From a virus (lineage: Duplodnaviria > Caudoviricetes), in the IMG/VR virus record IMGVR_UViG_3300032330_000669, positions 1-42,906 of that record: a stretch of 42,906 nt of DNA; one strand, written 5' to 3'. The notes below the pieces were generated by a model. That model had not been told where the DNA came from. It worked only from the letters and a program-made list of their open reading frames with translations, and ran no database searches. Positions within the stretch are counted from its first letter, which is position 1, and every line of letters starts with the position of its first letter. Made by a program: the position numbers and the translations under genes. Below, in pieces: positions 8,501 to 18,707 of the stretch.

Positions 8501-11036
8501 CCCCAAAGTCTATAATATTATTTATAAGATTCCCATTAACTATACTAGGAGTGCTTGCGCTTAATGTTGTTTTTAATGGCATAGCCGATAATGAATACCC
8601 AGAAGATCGTGTTGCTGATTCATTAACAGTTTTTACCTTTTCTTGCCCCGCGACCTCCCACAATAAAACTGGCTTATAGATATAAGTCTTATATTCATCT
8701 ATGTAGGGTGCCTGAGCAATAGATCCTATTGACTTTTGAATATATCTAGTTGTGTAATTTATTTCTCCACCATTATATACGAGTTTATCCTCAGAAGCAA
8801 CATTTAAAATATTTGGCAAGGCAACTTTATCTCCTACCGATGTTTCTTGTCCATATAGAGTTAGATCTGTTGGCCTAGCCTCTTCAGATGGCAAAATATA
8901 ATTTTTTGACATAACTATTAGATTGTTGTATTCATCAAAAAACATTGCACTTTGTGAAGATATGGCAAGTTGTTGCAAAGTTTCTGCAATATTTTGATTT
9001 GGACCAACGAAAAAAAATGGAATTATTAATTCATTATCTTCTTCAGTTCTTTTAAATACATAATTGCTAAAGCCAATGCTGTCTAATAAAACAGTTATTG
9101 CATAACTTAAAGAAACATTTGTTAAAAGAAGTTCTGGAGATTTTTTTGATTCAAAAAAGAAAAATAGATCTCTAAGTTCTAGGGATATTGATGCAGCGGT
9201 ATCGCTTACTTGAGGAATCTTTTCTGAATATAATGTCTTTATTGGGATGTAATAGTCAAGGAAATATTCCACCCCATCCTCTATTTCTTTGATTGTAGTT
9301 ACGTCATAGAATAAGAATTTTATTCTGGTATTTGAATATTTGCTAATGATGCTTCCCACATTTGTTTCATCATCAAAAATATTGTTGTCGTTAAAGGATA
9401 AATCGTCATCAAATATTGATAAACTTCCTGTAGATGCTATTAAATTTCCCATAGGCATTGAGTAGTTTGCTAAATCAGCAAGAGTCTTTTTTACTGAAAA
9501 AGATACAACCTTCTTAGTTATATCTCCAATTAATCTTGGAGACATTTCTATAAGATCGAATGTGCAATCAACCTTATTCATTGTGTCAACTACAACTCTT
9601 ATACCTTTAATAAACTCAAATTCTCTAAAATGTTTTATAGAATTCTCAACATAATAATCTGGATCAGATAACTTCTTAATAACAGATCTATTGCTGGTAA
9701 CATCAAGTTCTGCTATACGCCATGTATATTCTGGGGTTATTGCATCCCAAGTTCCTCCGTCATACACATACAAAACACCTTTGTCATCAGATGATTGCTT
9801 ATATAAGTAGGCATACCCATACGGAGCATACTCTGGTCTTTGAGATAAAGAAGTTATCTCTCCTACAAGTGTAAAATAGTTATAATATTGCCAAGGAATT
9901 GTTAGACCGTATTCAACTTCTACTTGACCATCAGATCCAATTATTGCACTTCCGTCATCTCTGACAGAATCCTCTCCAAAAGAAATAATAGTTTGCCACT
10001 GATTGCTTTCATTTAATGTTTGAATTTGCCACTTCTTTGGAACAGTTTTATTTTTTTCTCCATAGAAGGGGTCTTGCGCGGAAGCAGATCTTGCTCCAAA
10101 TCTATATGGTCCATTATTTATTTCTCCAACATTTGTTTGCATTTTAATTACAATTTTATTTGTTGGTATTTTTTCATTGTATACAACAAATGGTGCCGCA
10201 TCGTAGATATAATAAGATTTATTTGATGTTCCAGTGTTTTTATTTAAGGATATTCCAAATTCATTATTTGTGAAAACTTCTTTGCTATCAACGAAGGATC
10301 GCTCTACTTCTTTTCTATAAGAGGTCCAATATTTAAAGTCATCATATCTTGATGCCATATAATATCGTGGTCTTCTGGCAACATTGTTGGTTCCAAGATA
10401 TCCTATCTCTGCTAATCCGCCATTTTGATAGGCATTGGCATTATTCCCTAAGATAGAAAAAGATGTATCTGTTACAGCAACAATTTTTACTGGATTCACT
10501 TGATCATATGACGAAGGAGCAACACCAGTTATTTTTACATAATCTCCTACTAAAAAATTATTTATAGCAGTAAAAATAATGTATCCTTCTGTAGAAACAG
10601 CATTGGTTATGGTGGCAGACTTTGTTTCTCTAAATACATTTATGCTATCAATATATTGAGATCTTCCTAAATATAATAATTTATTTATTCCTGATCTTGG
10701 CCTATTCTGCTTAAAACAGTCTTCCAAAGAATAAAGAAGGTTTATCTTTTTTTTGGGAGAGATGAAGTAGGAGGGATTGTCTGCATCATCAAATCCAGCA
10801 TTAATAACAATATCTGAATCGGTTGCTCCAGTGTAATAGGAGCCACTATCTGTTTCGTCATAAGATGATTTTATTACGTTAAACTTAGTATCATTCGTTG
10901 CTGGACGATAGCGATAATTGCCGACCCTGCTGATATTTTCTGATTGATTAAGATTCCATTCCACCCATATTTTTTGATTATTTTGAAGGGTATGAGAATA
11001 CTTTAGTTCATTTTCAAGAATATCATTTTGAAACAT
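5568..11036 (-). CDS. Large minor tail (central tail-tip/hub) protein, about 1822 aa
   Basis: Start moved to ATG 11036 (TAATG overlap with upstream stop, GGAAGAAG upstream). AMFFDEYNNLIVMSK and PHLQLGDIVNI motifs resemble tail hub proteins; lies two genes after the tape measure. Confidence 0.8.
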   Translation of the reverse strand: MFQNDILENELKYSHTLQNNQKIWVEWNLNQSENISRVGNYRYRPATNDTKFNVIKSSYDETDSGSYYTGATDSDIVINAGFDDADNPSYFISPKKKINLLYSLEDCFKQNRPRSGINKLLYLGRSQYIDSINVFRETKSATITNAVSTEGYIIFTAINNFLVGDYVKITGVAPSSYDQVNPVKIVAVTDTSFSILGNNANAYQNGGLAEIGYLGTNNVARRPRYYMASRYDDFKYWTSYRKEVERSFVDSKEVFTNNEFGISLNKNTGTSNKSYYIYDAAPFVVYNEKIPTNKIVIKMQTNVGEINNGPYRFGARSASAQDPFYGEKNKTVPKKWQIQTLNESNQWQTIISFGEDSVRDDGSAIIGSDGQVEVEYGLTIPWQYYNYFTLVGEITSLSQRPEYAPYGYAYLYKQSSDDKGVLYVYDGGTWDAITPEYTWRIAELDVTSNRSVIKKLSDPDYYVENSIKHFREFEFIKGIRVVVDTMNKVDCTFDLIEMSPRLIGDITKKVVSFSVKKTLADLANYSMPMGNLIASTGSLSIFDDDLSFNDNNIFDDETNVGSIISKYSNTRIKFLFYDVTTIKEIEDGVEYFLDYYIPIKTLYSEKIPQVSDTAASISLELRDLFFFFESKKSPELLLTNVSLSYAITVLLDSIGFSNYVFKRTEEDNELIIPFFFVGPNQNIAETLQQLAISSQSAMFFDEYNNLIVMSKNYILPSEEARPTDLTLYGQETSVGDKVALPNILNVASEDKLVYNGGEINYTTRYIQKSIGSIAQAPYIDEYKTYIYKPVLLWEVAGQEKVKTVNESATRSSGYSLSAMPLKTTLSASTPSIVNGNLINNIIDFGESVYWLGNYSGYFYANSEIIRYDAVEYSIAGVGNIWINNNQQYQKYFSKLKFNGKMYPTGRVRIYTDVQGTTVKEHGRGQFSTNIVEHQAGIGVDSSWVSPDNLRGSIQNAQEYLFNTNKIIAYNDENLVHTMGSLSLNIGTPEQQYADSPYSAGNIRSINGQRYTALSYAKKSSRNGIIKNFMANTNITENDVNYYKSALSGSVQSSALIFDGPDLPSEIDPANFISYTYKQLDKPYKHFGTRMRVIGEVQSKNNSGQTPQGAFNPYPSNQIISSDPNKQTFISGGSGGMAFNLNKDTNIGYYYEIMALSENNITNFKNNSNADSYSIAKVANGISCTADTVTVTLTSQHDFEIGTQISVTGAIDDSRKTAPATSLNGQFTVTEIDNTRKKFKFKMAGISSPANITDFYRTGEGTSWTVTYIANNSFRAGQLVNISGLSPSGYNISNAVISSANENQFTVQTTSDLGSPSDKVGTATYVALTTSSASGGIVSKSLDEDTQISNVFFYKVNFGFNKSEIVKKYSRIVTEIVDGNPVTYNLATLTTLRNHYFSAGEKISVTDVESIFNGVYDIFSTTSNTISYKLTSLSEVSETEVSPVGNVTGIDAIAIPQILWRGLTDIIVDDGKFTGQSRMVAGTGKTVYDLSAEYVNIASKRRFYLYLNDKQIAIVDDSEPLPEYSNIALFVRGSSRCMFENVYALSDNFAENVAKGVQLPVSQNNISAENEVIRNYALNGIIQSTYLKGISSESDPQYALYYDEFGTIMREAAYFNIRYDRAYPALYAKIADVLNNVKAYTVSGFLAGSYGAEFLIFNIADKNINLDDTSGNYLRILGIAFTQNTTHSLKVDDFFKKNSNFTNAIYSGYNNAEEYQKLYNDVLNSRNKYGRNDFSIEAEYVQTDDAAESMMDWIIKKVITPRKTVGVTAFGVPHLQLGDIVNINYKSSDVDIVANSSTRFAVYNIEHQKSSGSIQTTLYLAEV

Positions 11037-11668
11037 TATACTTCTTCCAAAGAAAAGTTTATTGTCCAATAATCAAAGTTGGTATTTCCTCTTTTTTGAA
11101 TGGAATAATCAAATGAGGAAAAATACATATGCCTTACATCATTGTATATTGATAAATGATTAAAGGAATTTTCGTCAATCTGATCTCCTGTTGTAAAGTT
11201 ATTGTATTTATCATATGCAAGGTATACATAAAATGGACCAGAATGGTTTTCATACCAGTCAAGAATCTCTACCCCGCCTGCCCCACCATCAGCGGTATTT
11301 TCATAATCAGCATCAGACATTACTGCCTTGCCAGAGGAATTAAAATTAATATTGGTGGAATATGATCGTGAAGGAAGCATCTGCCAGCCACAACCAATAA
11401 CAATCTTATCAGCAATATGATAAGAGCGCATTGTTCCGTTAATCATTCTTTGTCGTGATTCTATTCTTTGCTGAGTAATATTAATAGGTTGTCTATTGTG
11501 ATCTGAAAGAATGATGAAATCTTCTTTTTCCATCCCTAATGGGAATCTAATATTATTAGAATAATTTCCTGCATTATCTGCCCACAACATTGCCTGTGGT
11601 CTACCATAACGCTTTCTACCAGAAATATAGGAGGAGGTGCTAGTGGGGTTGTTTGGATTAATATCCAC
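11036..11668 (-). CDS. Minor tail protein (distal tail protein position)
   Basis: Immediately follows the tape measure; RMINGTMRSY motif and C-terminal FSLEEV; AGGAG RBS. Confidence 0.7.
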   Translation of the reverse strand: MDINPNNPTSTSSYISGRKRYGRPQAMLWADNAGNYSNNIRFPLGMEKEDFIILSDHNRQPINITQQRIESRQRMINGTMRSYHIADKIVIGCGWQMLPSRSYSTNINFNSSGKAVMSDADYENTADGGAGGVEILDWYENHSGPFYVYLAYDKYNNFTTGDQIDENSFNHLSIYNDVRHMYFSSFDYSIQKRGNTNFDYWTINFSLEEV

Positions 11669-14600
11669 CGATTCTCCTAATTGAACTGTTTTCTATATTC
11701 TTTATCTTCATCATAACCTTATTTGCAATTTCATCAGCAGATGCCCCAGGCTGATTGACGGGAACATTAATACTATATGTATTATACACTGGAGCAGAGA
11801 TATTGTTTTGCATATTGCCTCGTGAAGAGGAACTAACATTTGGAGAAGAGTTAGCATAAAGTTTTCCAGTATTATATCTTGGAGAATTCCACTTTCCAGT
11901 ATTCATATCTGAAAGAGTTCCCATCCCATATTTTTGTACTGCTGCCTTACGCATCACAAATTCCCCAGGGGTGAGCATGGCAGGAACTGAATCCATATTA
12001 ACGTGTCCACCAGATGCATATCTTCTTGGAACCATTCCACCTGTTGCCATTGTAAATACATTTCCGTTGCCCACTCCATACTTCCATCTTAAATAATCTC
12101 CAATATCTGATCCAGTTAAATTATTAATGTCTGTCCCAGTCATATCAGAGAATGATTGACCATTGGATGCTTGTTGCGGTGGGTTTCCAGATATTGTTCC
12201 GCTAGAAGGTGTCCCAGTAGATCCACTTGGCCTGCCTGCATTGTATTGATTCATTAAATCAACAAGACGTTGTGTTGCACCTGCAAGATCATCAGTCTTT
12301 TTCATTGCATTTTCTAAATATCCAACATGATCTCTCCACCATTTTCTTGAGTGACCTTGAAAATCTGCTGTATCAAGTTGGTATTGTAAATCTTCATCAT
12401 TATATTGAAGTTTTCTAGAATACTGTTCATTTTGATCCTGAAGAGTTTTCATTTGTCCATTTTGAATATTATATATTTCATCCTGAATTTCTCTAATCTT
12501 TAAACCTATTTGATAAGATTGTTCTTTTATTGCATTTATTTGTTGTTCTGCTTGCTTTCTTGTTAGCCCACTTGGAGTCTTAAGGTTGTCAATAGCATTT
12601 TGCATACCCGCTTGCAAGGATTCTTGCTGTTGTTTTCTAGCGTATTCTGCTTGATTTTGCTGCATCTGCTGCTGTGCTTGAGCGGCAGCATAGATGTCTC
12701 CCTCACTTAATGCTTTAGCCAGACCAATTTGATCTTGTTGCTGTCGGGCAATATTATTATTTATTTCAGCAATTTTATTAAGAGCATCAATTCTTTCTTG
12801 ATACATATCCTTTATCTTTTGCTCTTGCTGACTCATTATTTCAAGGTCATGTGAAAGATCATCTGAAATTTTATTGCTTAATTCTGTTTGTCTATTAAGT
12901 TCCTCAATTTGTGATTGCTTTGCATTAATCTTATCTTGTTCTTGTTGGATAATCCTATTATTAGCATCAATTTGATGATGCATCTCATCTGTAGTCATGC
13001 CATTTTTTTCTAAGAATTTAGCGGCGTTATCAATTTTAATTTGATCTTCTTGTTTAGCAAGAGCATTGCTAATAACTCCAGCATCTTTTTGCATGGCATC
13101 TATTTGTTTTTGAAGTGCCTGTTCTGCTGTCATTATGGCATCTGCTAATGCTTTTTCAGAATCAATAATTTCATTTAATTTTGGCTTTAAATTTTTAGCA
13201 GCAGTTGCAGTATTTCCCATTGCATCAAATTGTTTCATAAAAGATTCATTTGCAAGGGCAGTCTGTACTTCAGTTTCATTGTACCCCGCCAATTTCATAG
13301 TTAAAATTGATTGTCTTTTTTTGTTATTGGCATCAATTTCATCTTGAATTGCTCTAGCAGATTCTCCAATAGTATTTTGAGTATATGTTTTAAAGAATGC
13401 TGCAATCTTTTTTGGATCTGCTTTTAATAAAGATTGAAGATTTTTTAATCCTTCTGCTCCTGTTCCGATTGCATCAAGAATTCCTTTTGGAACATTGGGA
13501 AATTTATTTTTTAATTGATTCATTAATTTGGGGAACATTTGTGCTGTTGCATTTGCGTCATCAATTTGTTGCTGAAGCCAAGATTTTGGTCCTGATCCTT
13601 CTTTATTAATTGGGCTTGTTCCGCTACTTCCTGTACCCTTCGCTGAAATTTCAGAACGTCTTTCAAGTTGCTGAGCAAGGAGGGCGGCACGATCTTCAGC
13701 AGAAAGTTGAGAACTTATTGCTCCTCCAGTTGCAGCATCAAGGGCTTTTGCTCCAAGGGCACTTAATTTTCCTGATTCATTAAATAAAACACTGACATTG
13801 ACGATTAAATCTTTTTGAACGTTTTCTGGTAATTTTAAGAATTTGTCTGCATCCCCTAAAACATCTACGCCTCCAAAATTTCTTTTTTCAAAAGCAAGAA
13901 TTTGCTTTTTAGTTTTTTTATCAGGCAGTTCATCAAATTCTTGCAAAATTTTTCCTGATTGAATGGCTTGATTCAATCCAAATGTCTCAACTGTTAAAAG
14001 TTTTCTAATGTCTTCGGGAAACAGCGAGACTTGTTGTAATGCTTTAGTGGCAGCAATAACATCATCAGTATTTGTTATTGGTGCATCAAGCATAATTTGT
14101 TTCACTAATGCTTGATCTGGAATATTTATTAATTCATTAATAAGTGGAGCAGCGACCTCTAAACCTTTTGCATTTATTAAAAATGATGCTTGATAGGATG
14201 CTTCACGATCACCCATTGCTTTAAAAATATTTTCCATTGCAAAAGGACTTATTTGTCCACTAGCCAAGGCAGCAGAAATAGTAAATTTTGCATTCATATT
14301 TGCTGTTCTATTTATTAGTCCTTCTGCTACTCCTCTTACTAAGGGATCAGAAAATGTTTGCTCAAGAGAGCCTTTAATGCCATCTAAAACATCTTGCTGC
14401 GCTTGATATTGCCCCTTTAAATTTTCAAAAAGTGTTAAATATTTTTTTTGATTTTCTGTTATGGAGTCTCTTAATTTATTTTCTTCTTCTATTTGCTTTT
14501 TTCTAAAATCTGTTTTTTCTGCTTCAGTAGCAGTTTTTGAATACTCTTGAAATATTTTTTTATTTGCAGCAACTGCATCTTCATAAAGTTGAACATTTGA

Positions 14601-17600
14601 TTTACTTAAATTTCCAACTGATTTTCCAAATGCCTGACTCAGTTCTATCAATTGTTTAAAATCTGTATTTGTTGAAGCAATCGCTTCTCCAAAAGTACTT
14701 ATAAATGGTATTTGTGTATTTGCTAACGTTGAACCAAGCGCCTGTAATCCAGAAAAAGATCCTGCATTAGTTTTTGAATTAAGCATTCCATTAATTCTAT
14801 CCATTTGTGCTTGAATAGACTGTGAGGTTGCCTCAACAGTTTTATCTGAAGATTGAACTAAATTTACTGCAATATTTAATGGATTACTTAAAATATCTAG
14901 TCCTCCTGGACCTATTAGTTTAACTAATTCTCCAGTTATTTGTGTTCCAAATGCCTGATTATGTATTTCTGATCCCACTTGTTCAGCAAGAGCCTTTGCT
15001 TCATCATACGTCATGGCTCCGCTAAATATCATTCTTCCTAATTTGTCTGCAAACCCCTTTATTGTTGAGGAATTTCCTAATTGTGCAAAAGATTCTTGTG
15101 TTTGCGTTAGAAGTTGTTTTCCAATATCACTACCAATATATTCTTGAGCCTTTTGTTGCTCTTGAGTATTTATACCTTTTTTTTCTTGTTGCTGCATAAA
15201 TCTCTTATCTTCAAAAGTTTTTCTTCCATAGGCAGATGCAGTTTCCCTTAAGGCATTGGCTGATAGTGTCATTGCATCCCCGAGATCATTACCTTTTTGT
15301 TTTGCATCATCTAAACTATTTTTAAAATATATTCCTGCTGCTGTCATTCCAGCAAGAACTAATCCAACAGCGGCAATTTGTGGTGGCAATATTTGAAAAG
15401 CAGTAACTGCTGCATCTAGTCCAAAACTGAGTGGCATTAATTTTTGAGCAACTTCTCCTACACCCCCATTCATAAAAGAAAGTCCAGTTGTAGCGGCTGT
15501 GAGTGCGGCACTCGCGCCTATTAATTTTCCACCCATATTTTTAAATAGTTTATTATTTTTCTCACCATCTGATGGAGTTGGATTAGTAATTGGTGATGAT
15601 GGACCATTTCCTCCACCCATGCCGCCACCAGCAGGGAATCTTGAACCGTATTTTTTTGCAAGTTCGTTATCAAGATTAAGATTGAATGATTTTCCAAGTT
15701 GAGATCCTGCCTTACCAGAAACCCTTTTACCAGTTTGTGATCCTACCAACATTCCTTCAGCATAATCTTCTGTTAATTGTTCTCCCCTTTTTGCTGGACT
15801 TGCTGCACCAACCGCTTCTCTTGCAGAAGAATCTAGCGTTTGTCCCAATCCAAGACCAGTCAATCTTGCCCTTCTATATGTTGGCCCAACGCTTCTAGTT
15901 TCTTGTCTTGATCTTACTGATGCTGTGCCTAACCCTGGGACGGTAATGTATTGTCTATCTGCATCACTTCCTCTTGCGAATGTTACGCCAGCCGCTGCTA
16001 ATTTTTGTTTTTCTTCATTGGTAAGAGCATCTAATTGATTAACGGTTATTCTTAAATTATGATATTGATTAGAAAGTGCTTCTATTTCTGAAAGCATTTT
16101 TCTAGATTGTGCGGGAAGTGCTTCAAATGCTTTTCTTGTAATTTCATCAATATTAAGATCTCCCACGCTTTCCATATCTTTTGAAATATTTGCGATATTT
16201 CTATCAAGAATTGCTAAATGTGGTGCAAGGTCATCAAAATTTTGTTTTGTTATTCCAACTGTTGTTTTCCATTTTTCTATTCCTATTGAAGAAAATTGTT
16301 GTGCGAATTGTTTCCCAGACATTCCACCAGTTATTTTTCCATCATTTATTTTTTGAGATTTCATTAATGAATTAAATTCTTTTGGCATTTCAACAATTAA
16401 ATTGCTAACAGCCGCAATACTACTAACACTTCTTCCTAAAGCAGATTCAACTTTTTCAATAATAGACAATACTGTTTTTAAAGATTGAGTTGTTGGACCT
16501 TCAAGTGCTTCAGAAACCGTTAAGGACCTAGCGCCTGTTATATGTGTTCTCTGAGTAGTTCCATCAGAATATCCTTTAATTGTTCCAGAATTCATTGCTC
16601 CAAGAATTGGTCCATATTTTTGTGCAGCAGGCTTGTTTACAACGAATTCGCCTGGCATTAGAAGTGCTGGTTCTGAATCTTGATTTCCACTTCCTGCAAC
16701 AAAACCTCCAGTTGCCATTCTTCTTGGTGATCTAAATCCTTGTGGCAAACTTCCTGCTGCTGAATTAGCAGCCCTAACATATGATCCATAAGCACCAGAG
16801 AGGGACATTACCGCTTCTCTTTGAACATTAAGTGCGGAGGTTAGCCTATTTGTTTTTCCTTCTAAAGAAGAGGCTGCTGCGGCAGCATCAAGTTCTTCTC
16901 CACTCATATACTTAAATACAGATCCACCACTCTTTATTCTATTAAAGAGTGTGTTTACTAATGATAAGCCTTTTATCATGTTACCTGCAAAGTTAGCAAA
17001 AAGACCGACAAGCATAATGACTGCTGGAACAACTACGCCAAGCCCGATAGTAAGTATTGTAATAAATTGTTTTACTCCAGGACTAAGTTCATTGAACTTA
17101 TCAAGAAGTTTTGTTGCAAATTCAAGAATTGGCGTAGCAACCTTAAGAAATATCTCTCCTATTGGAGCAATAGAAATTTTTAACTTCTCTACTGCTGACT
17201 GGAATTTAGCAGTTGTAGATTCGGCAATTTGATTCAAAGATTTGTCAGACATTGACGCAAGATCTTCTGTACTCATTCCAAGTAAATCCATTGACTGTTT
17301 TACTTGACCAGTTTTATTATTAATGTTGTCAAACAAAGCACCAATACGAGCAAACTGGTATTTTCCAAAAACTTTTTCAAGAACTTGTTGACGACTAAAT
17401 TGATCAAGTTTAGACAATGCTGCACCAAAAGCCTCCACCGTTCCCATAAGGTCGCCCCTATTTGCTTGAATAATGCCCTTGATATTTATTCCAAACTGTT
17501 CTGTTGTTTTTATTGCAGCCTTTGTTGGATTAATGAGTGATGCCAAGCCAGACTTTAATGCGTTAGCGCCTTGTTCTGCTGATACACCACCCTCTTTCAT

Positions 17601-18680
17601 AGCAACCAACATGACTGCTAGATCCTTTACATCACCACCCAAGCCCTGAATGACAGGGGCAACGCGAGGAATAGCCGCAGTAAGGTCGTCTACGCTAAGA
17701 ACAGTTTGGTTTGCTACAGCACCAATAAAGTCAACAGTTGGAGCAAGGTCTTCATTGCTTATCTTAAAAGCATTTTGTAAGGTAATGGTTGTTGTTAAAG
17801 CCTGTTGATAATCAATTTGTCCAACTGTTGCCAATCTTAATGCCTGCTCAGTATTTTTAGTAAGTTTTTCATTTCTCATACCAGCGGCAGCGGCAGTTGC
17901 ACCAATATTCATAGTGTCAGAAAGAGCAACGCCATACTTAGTATATTCTTTTCCAAGATCTTGAATGGCTTTAAGATTTTGATTTACTTCTTCTGGTGGA
18001 GTAAAAATATCTCCATACACTCTTTTAAAATCTCTTGCCTGCTTGTCAAGATCCATAAAAGTCTTGCCTGCCGCTATTCCAAATGCTGTCAGCGGTACGC
18101 TAAACCCAACCATCAACTGACGACCAGCCCACTGGGTATTCTTACCAAAATTAATTAAACTTGTGCTTCCATCGTGAAGCAGTTTATTAAAAAGTTGTTG
18201 TCTTTGAATTGCCACTGCTGCATCAGAATTAAACAAGTGCATTGGCCTTATAGCCATAGCCTTGGTCACACCATTTTGAGTTTTTTCAAGTGCTATATAC
18301 TGTGTCTGAAGTCTTTTTACTCTATCTATGGCAAGATCCATTACATCATTGTGTTCTTTGGCAAAAAATCTGCCAAAGGTTCTTGTTGATGCAACACCAT
18401 ATTTAAAATATTCTCCAAGAGAAAGTTTATTTTTATCAATGGACTTGCCAAGTCTATTTACGCTTGATTCAACATTTACCATTGATGTGGAGAATTGTCC
18501 TGCTGCACCAATTTGAGCATTTAAGGTGCTTAATAGACTTTTTTGTGCGGCAACGGCTGAAGCGTTACTTCTGATAACAGCATTATTAAATTCTGTTATT
18601 CTTGCTTGCAAACTTTTTAATGACGCAATAGCGTCACTAGAATTAATGTCTATATTGATATTTGCATTTACATCAGCCAC
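11658..18680 (-). CDS. Tail tape measure protein (2340 aa)
   Basis: Long Ala/Gln/Lys-rich helical ORF with a TP901-like core (AANQT-type region, GANALKSGLASLINP), hydrophobic segments and coiled coils; follows the tail chaperones; GTG start with GAGGTG RBS. Confidence 0.93.
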   Translation of the reverse strand: MADVNANINIDINSSDAIASLKSLQARITEFNNAVIRSNASAVAAQKSLLSTLNAQIGAAGQFSTSMVNVESSVNRLGKSIDKNKLSLGEYFKYGVASTRTFGRFFAKEHNDVMDLAIDRVKRLQTQYIALEKTQNGVTKAMAIRPMHLFNSDAAVAIQRQQLFNKLLHDGSTSLINFGKNTQWAGRQLMVGFSVPLTAFGIAAGKTFMDLDKQARDFKRVYGDIFTPPEEVNQNLKAIQDLGKEYTKYGVALSDTMNIGATAAAAGMRNEKLTKNTEQALRLATVGQIDYQQALTTTITLQNAFKISNEDLAPTVDFIGAVANQTVLSVDDLTAAIPRVAPVIQGLGGDVKDLAVMLVAMKEGGVSAEQGANALKSGLASLINPTKAAIKTTEQFGINIKGIIQANRGDLMGTVEAFGAALSKLDQFSRQQVLEKVFGKYQFARIGALFDNINNKTGQVKQSMDLLGMSTEDLASMSDKSLNQIAESTTAKFQSAVEKLKISIAPIGEIFLKVATPILEFATKLLDKFNELSPGVKQFITILTIGLGVVVPAVIMLVGLFANFAGNMIKGLSLVNTLFNRIKSGGSVFKYMSGEELDAAAAASSLEGKTNRLTSALNVQREAVMSLSGAYGSYVRAANSAAGSLPQGFRSPRRMATGGFVAGSGNQDSEPALLMPGEFVVNKPAAQKYGPILGAMNSGTIKGYSDGTTQRTHITGARSLTVSEALEGPTTQSLKTVLSIIEKVESALGRSVSSIAAVSNLIVEMPKEFNSLMKSQKINDGKITGGMSGKQFAQQFSSIGIEKWKTTVGITKQNFDDLAPHLAILDRNIANISKDMESVGDLNIDEITRKAFEALPAQSRKMLSEIEALSNQYHNLRITVNQLDALTNEEKQKLAAAGVTFARGSDADRQYITVPGLGTASVRSRQETRSVGPTYRRARLTGLGLGQTLDSSAREAVGAASPAKRGEQLTEDYAEGMLVGSQTGKRVSGKAGSQLGKSFNLNLDNELAKKYGSRFPAGGGMGGGNGPSSPITNPTPSDGEKNNKLFKNMGGKLIGASAALTAATTGLSFMNGGVGEVAQKLMPLSFGLDAAVTAFQILPPQIAAVGLVLAGMTAAGIYFKNSLDDAKQKGNDLGDAMTLSANALRETASAYGRKTFEDKRFMQQQEKKGINTQEQQKAQEYIGSDIGKQLLTQTQESFAQLGNSSTIKGFADKLGRMIFSGAMTYDEAKALAEQVGSEIHNQAFGTQITGELVKLIGPGGLDILSNPLNIAVNLVQSSDKTVEATSQSIQAQMDRINGMLNSKTNAGSFSGLQALGSTLANTQIPFISTFGEAIASTNTDFKQLIELSQAFGKSVGNLSKSNVQLYEDAVAANKKIFQEYSKTATEAEKTDFRKKQIEEENKLRDSITENQKKYLTLFENLKGQYQAQQDVLDGIKGSLEQTFSDPLVRGVAEGLINRTANMNAKFTISAALASGQISPFAMENIFKAMGDREASYQASFLINAKGLEVAAPLINELINIPDQALVKQIMLDAPITNTDDVIAATKALQQVSLFPEDIRKLLTVETFGLNQAIQSGKILQEFDELPDKKTKKQILAFEKRNFGGVDVLGDADKFLKLPENVQKDLIVNVSVLFNESGKLSALGAKALDAATGGAISSQLSAEDRAALLAQQLERRSEISAKGTGSSGTSPINKEGSGPKSWLQQQIDDANATAQMFPKLMNQLKNKFPNVPKGILDAIGTGAEGLKNLQSLLKADPKKIAAFFKTYTQNTIGESARAIQDEIDANNKKRQSILTMKLAGYNETEVQTALANESFMKQFDAMGNTATAAKNLKPKLNEIIDSEKALADAIMTAEQALQKQIDAMQKDAGVISNALAKQEDQIKIDNAAKFLEKNGMTTDEMHHQIDANNRIIQQEQDKINAKQSQIEELNRQTELSNKISDDLSHDLEIMSQQEQKIKDMYQERIDALNKIAEINNNIARQQQDQIGLAKALSEGDIYAAAQAQQQMQQNQAEYARKQQQESLQAGMQNAIDNLKTPSGLTRKQAEQQINAIKEQSYQIGLKIREIQDEIYNIQNGQMKTLQDQNEQYSRKLQYNDEDLQYQLDTADFQGHSRKWWRDHVGYLENAMKKTDDLAGATQRLVDLMNQYNAGRPSGSTGTPSSGTISGNPPQQASNGQSFSDMTGTDINNLTGSDIGDYLRWKYGVGNGNVFTMATGGMVPRRYASGGHVNMDSVPAMLTPGEFVMRKAAVQKYGMGTLSDMNTGKWNSPRYNTGKLYANSSPNVSSSSRGNMQNNISAPVYNTYSINVPVNQPGASADEIANKVMMKIKNIENSSIRRIGGY

Positions 18681-18707
18681 AGATTAGCACCTCTATTTAA
18701 TTATACA

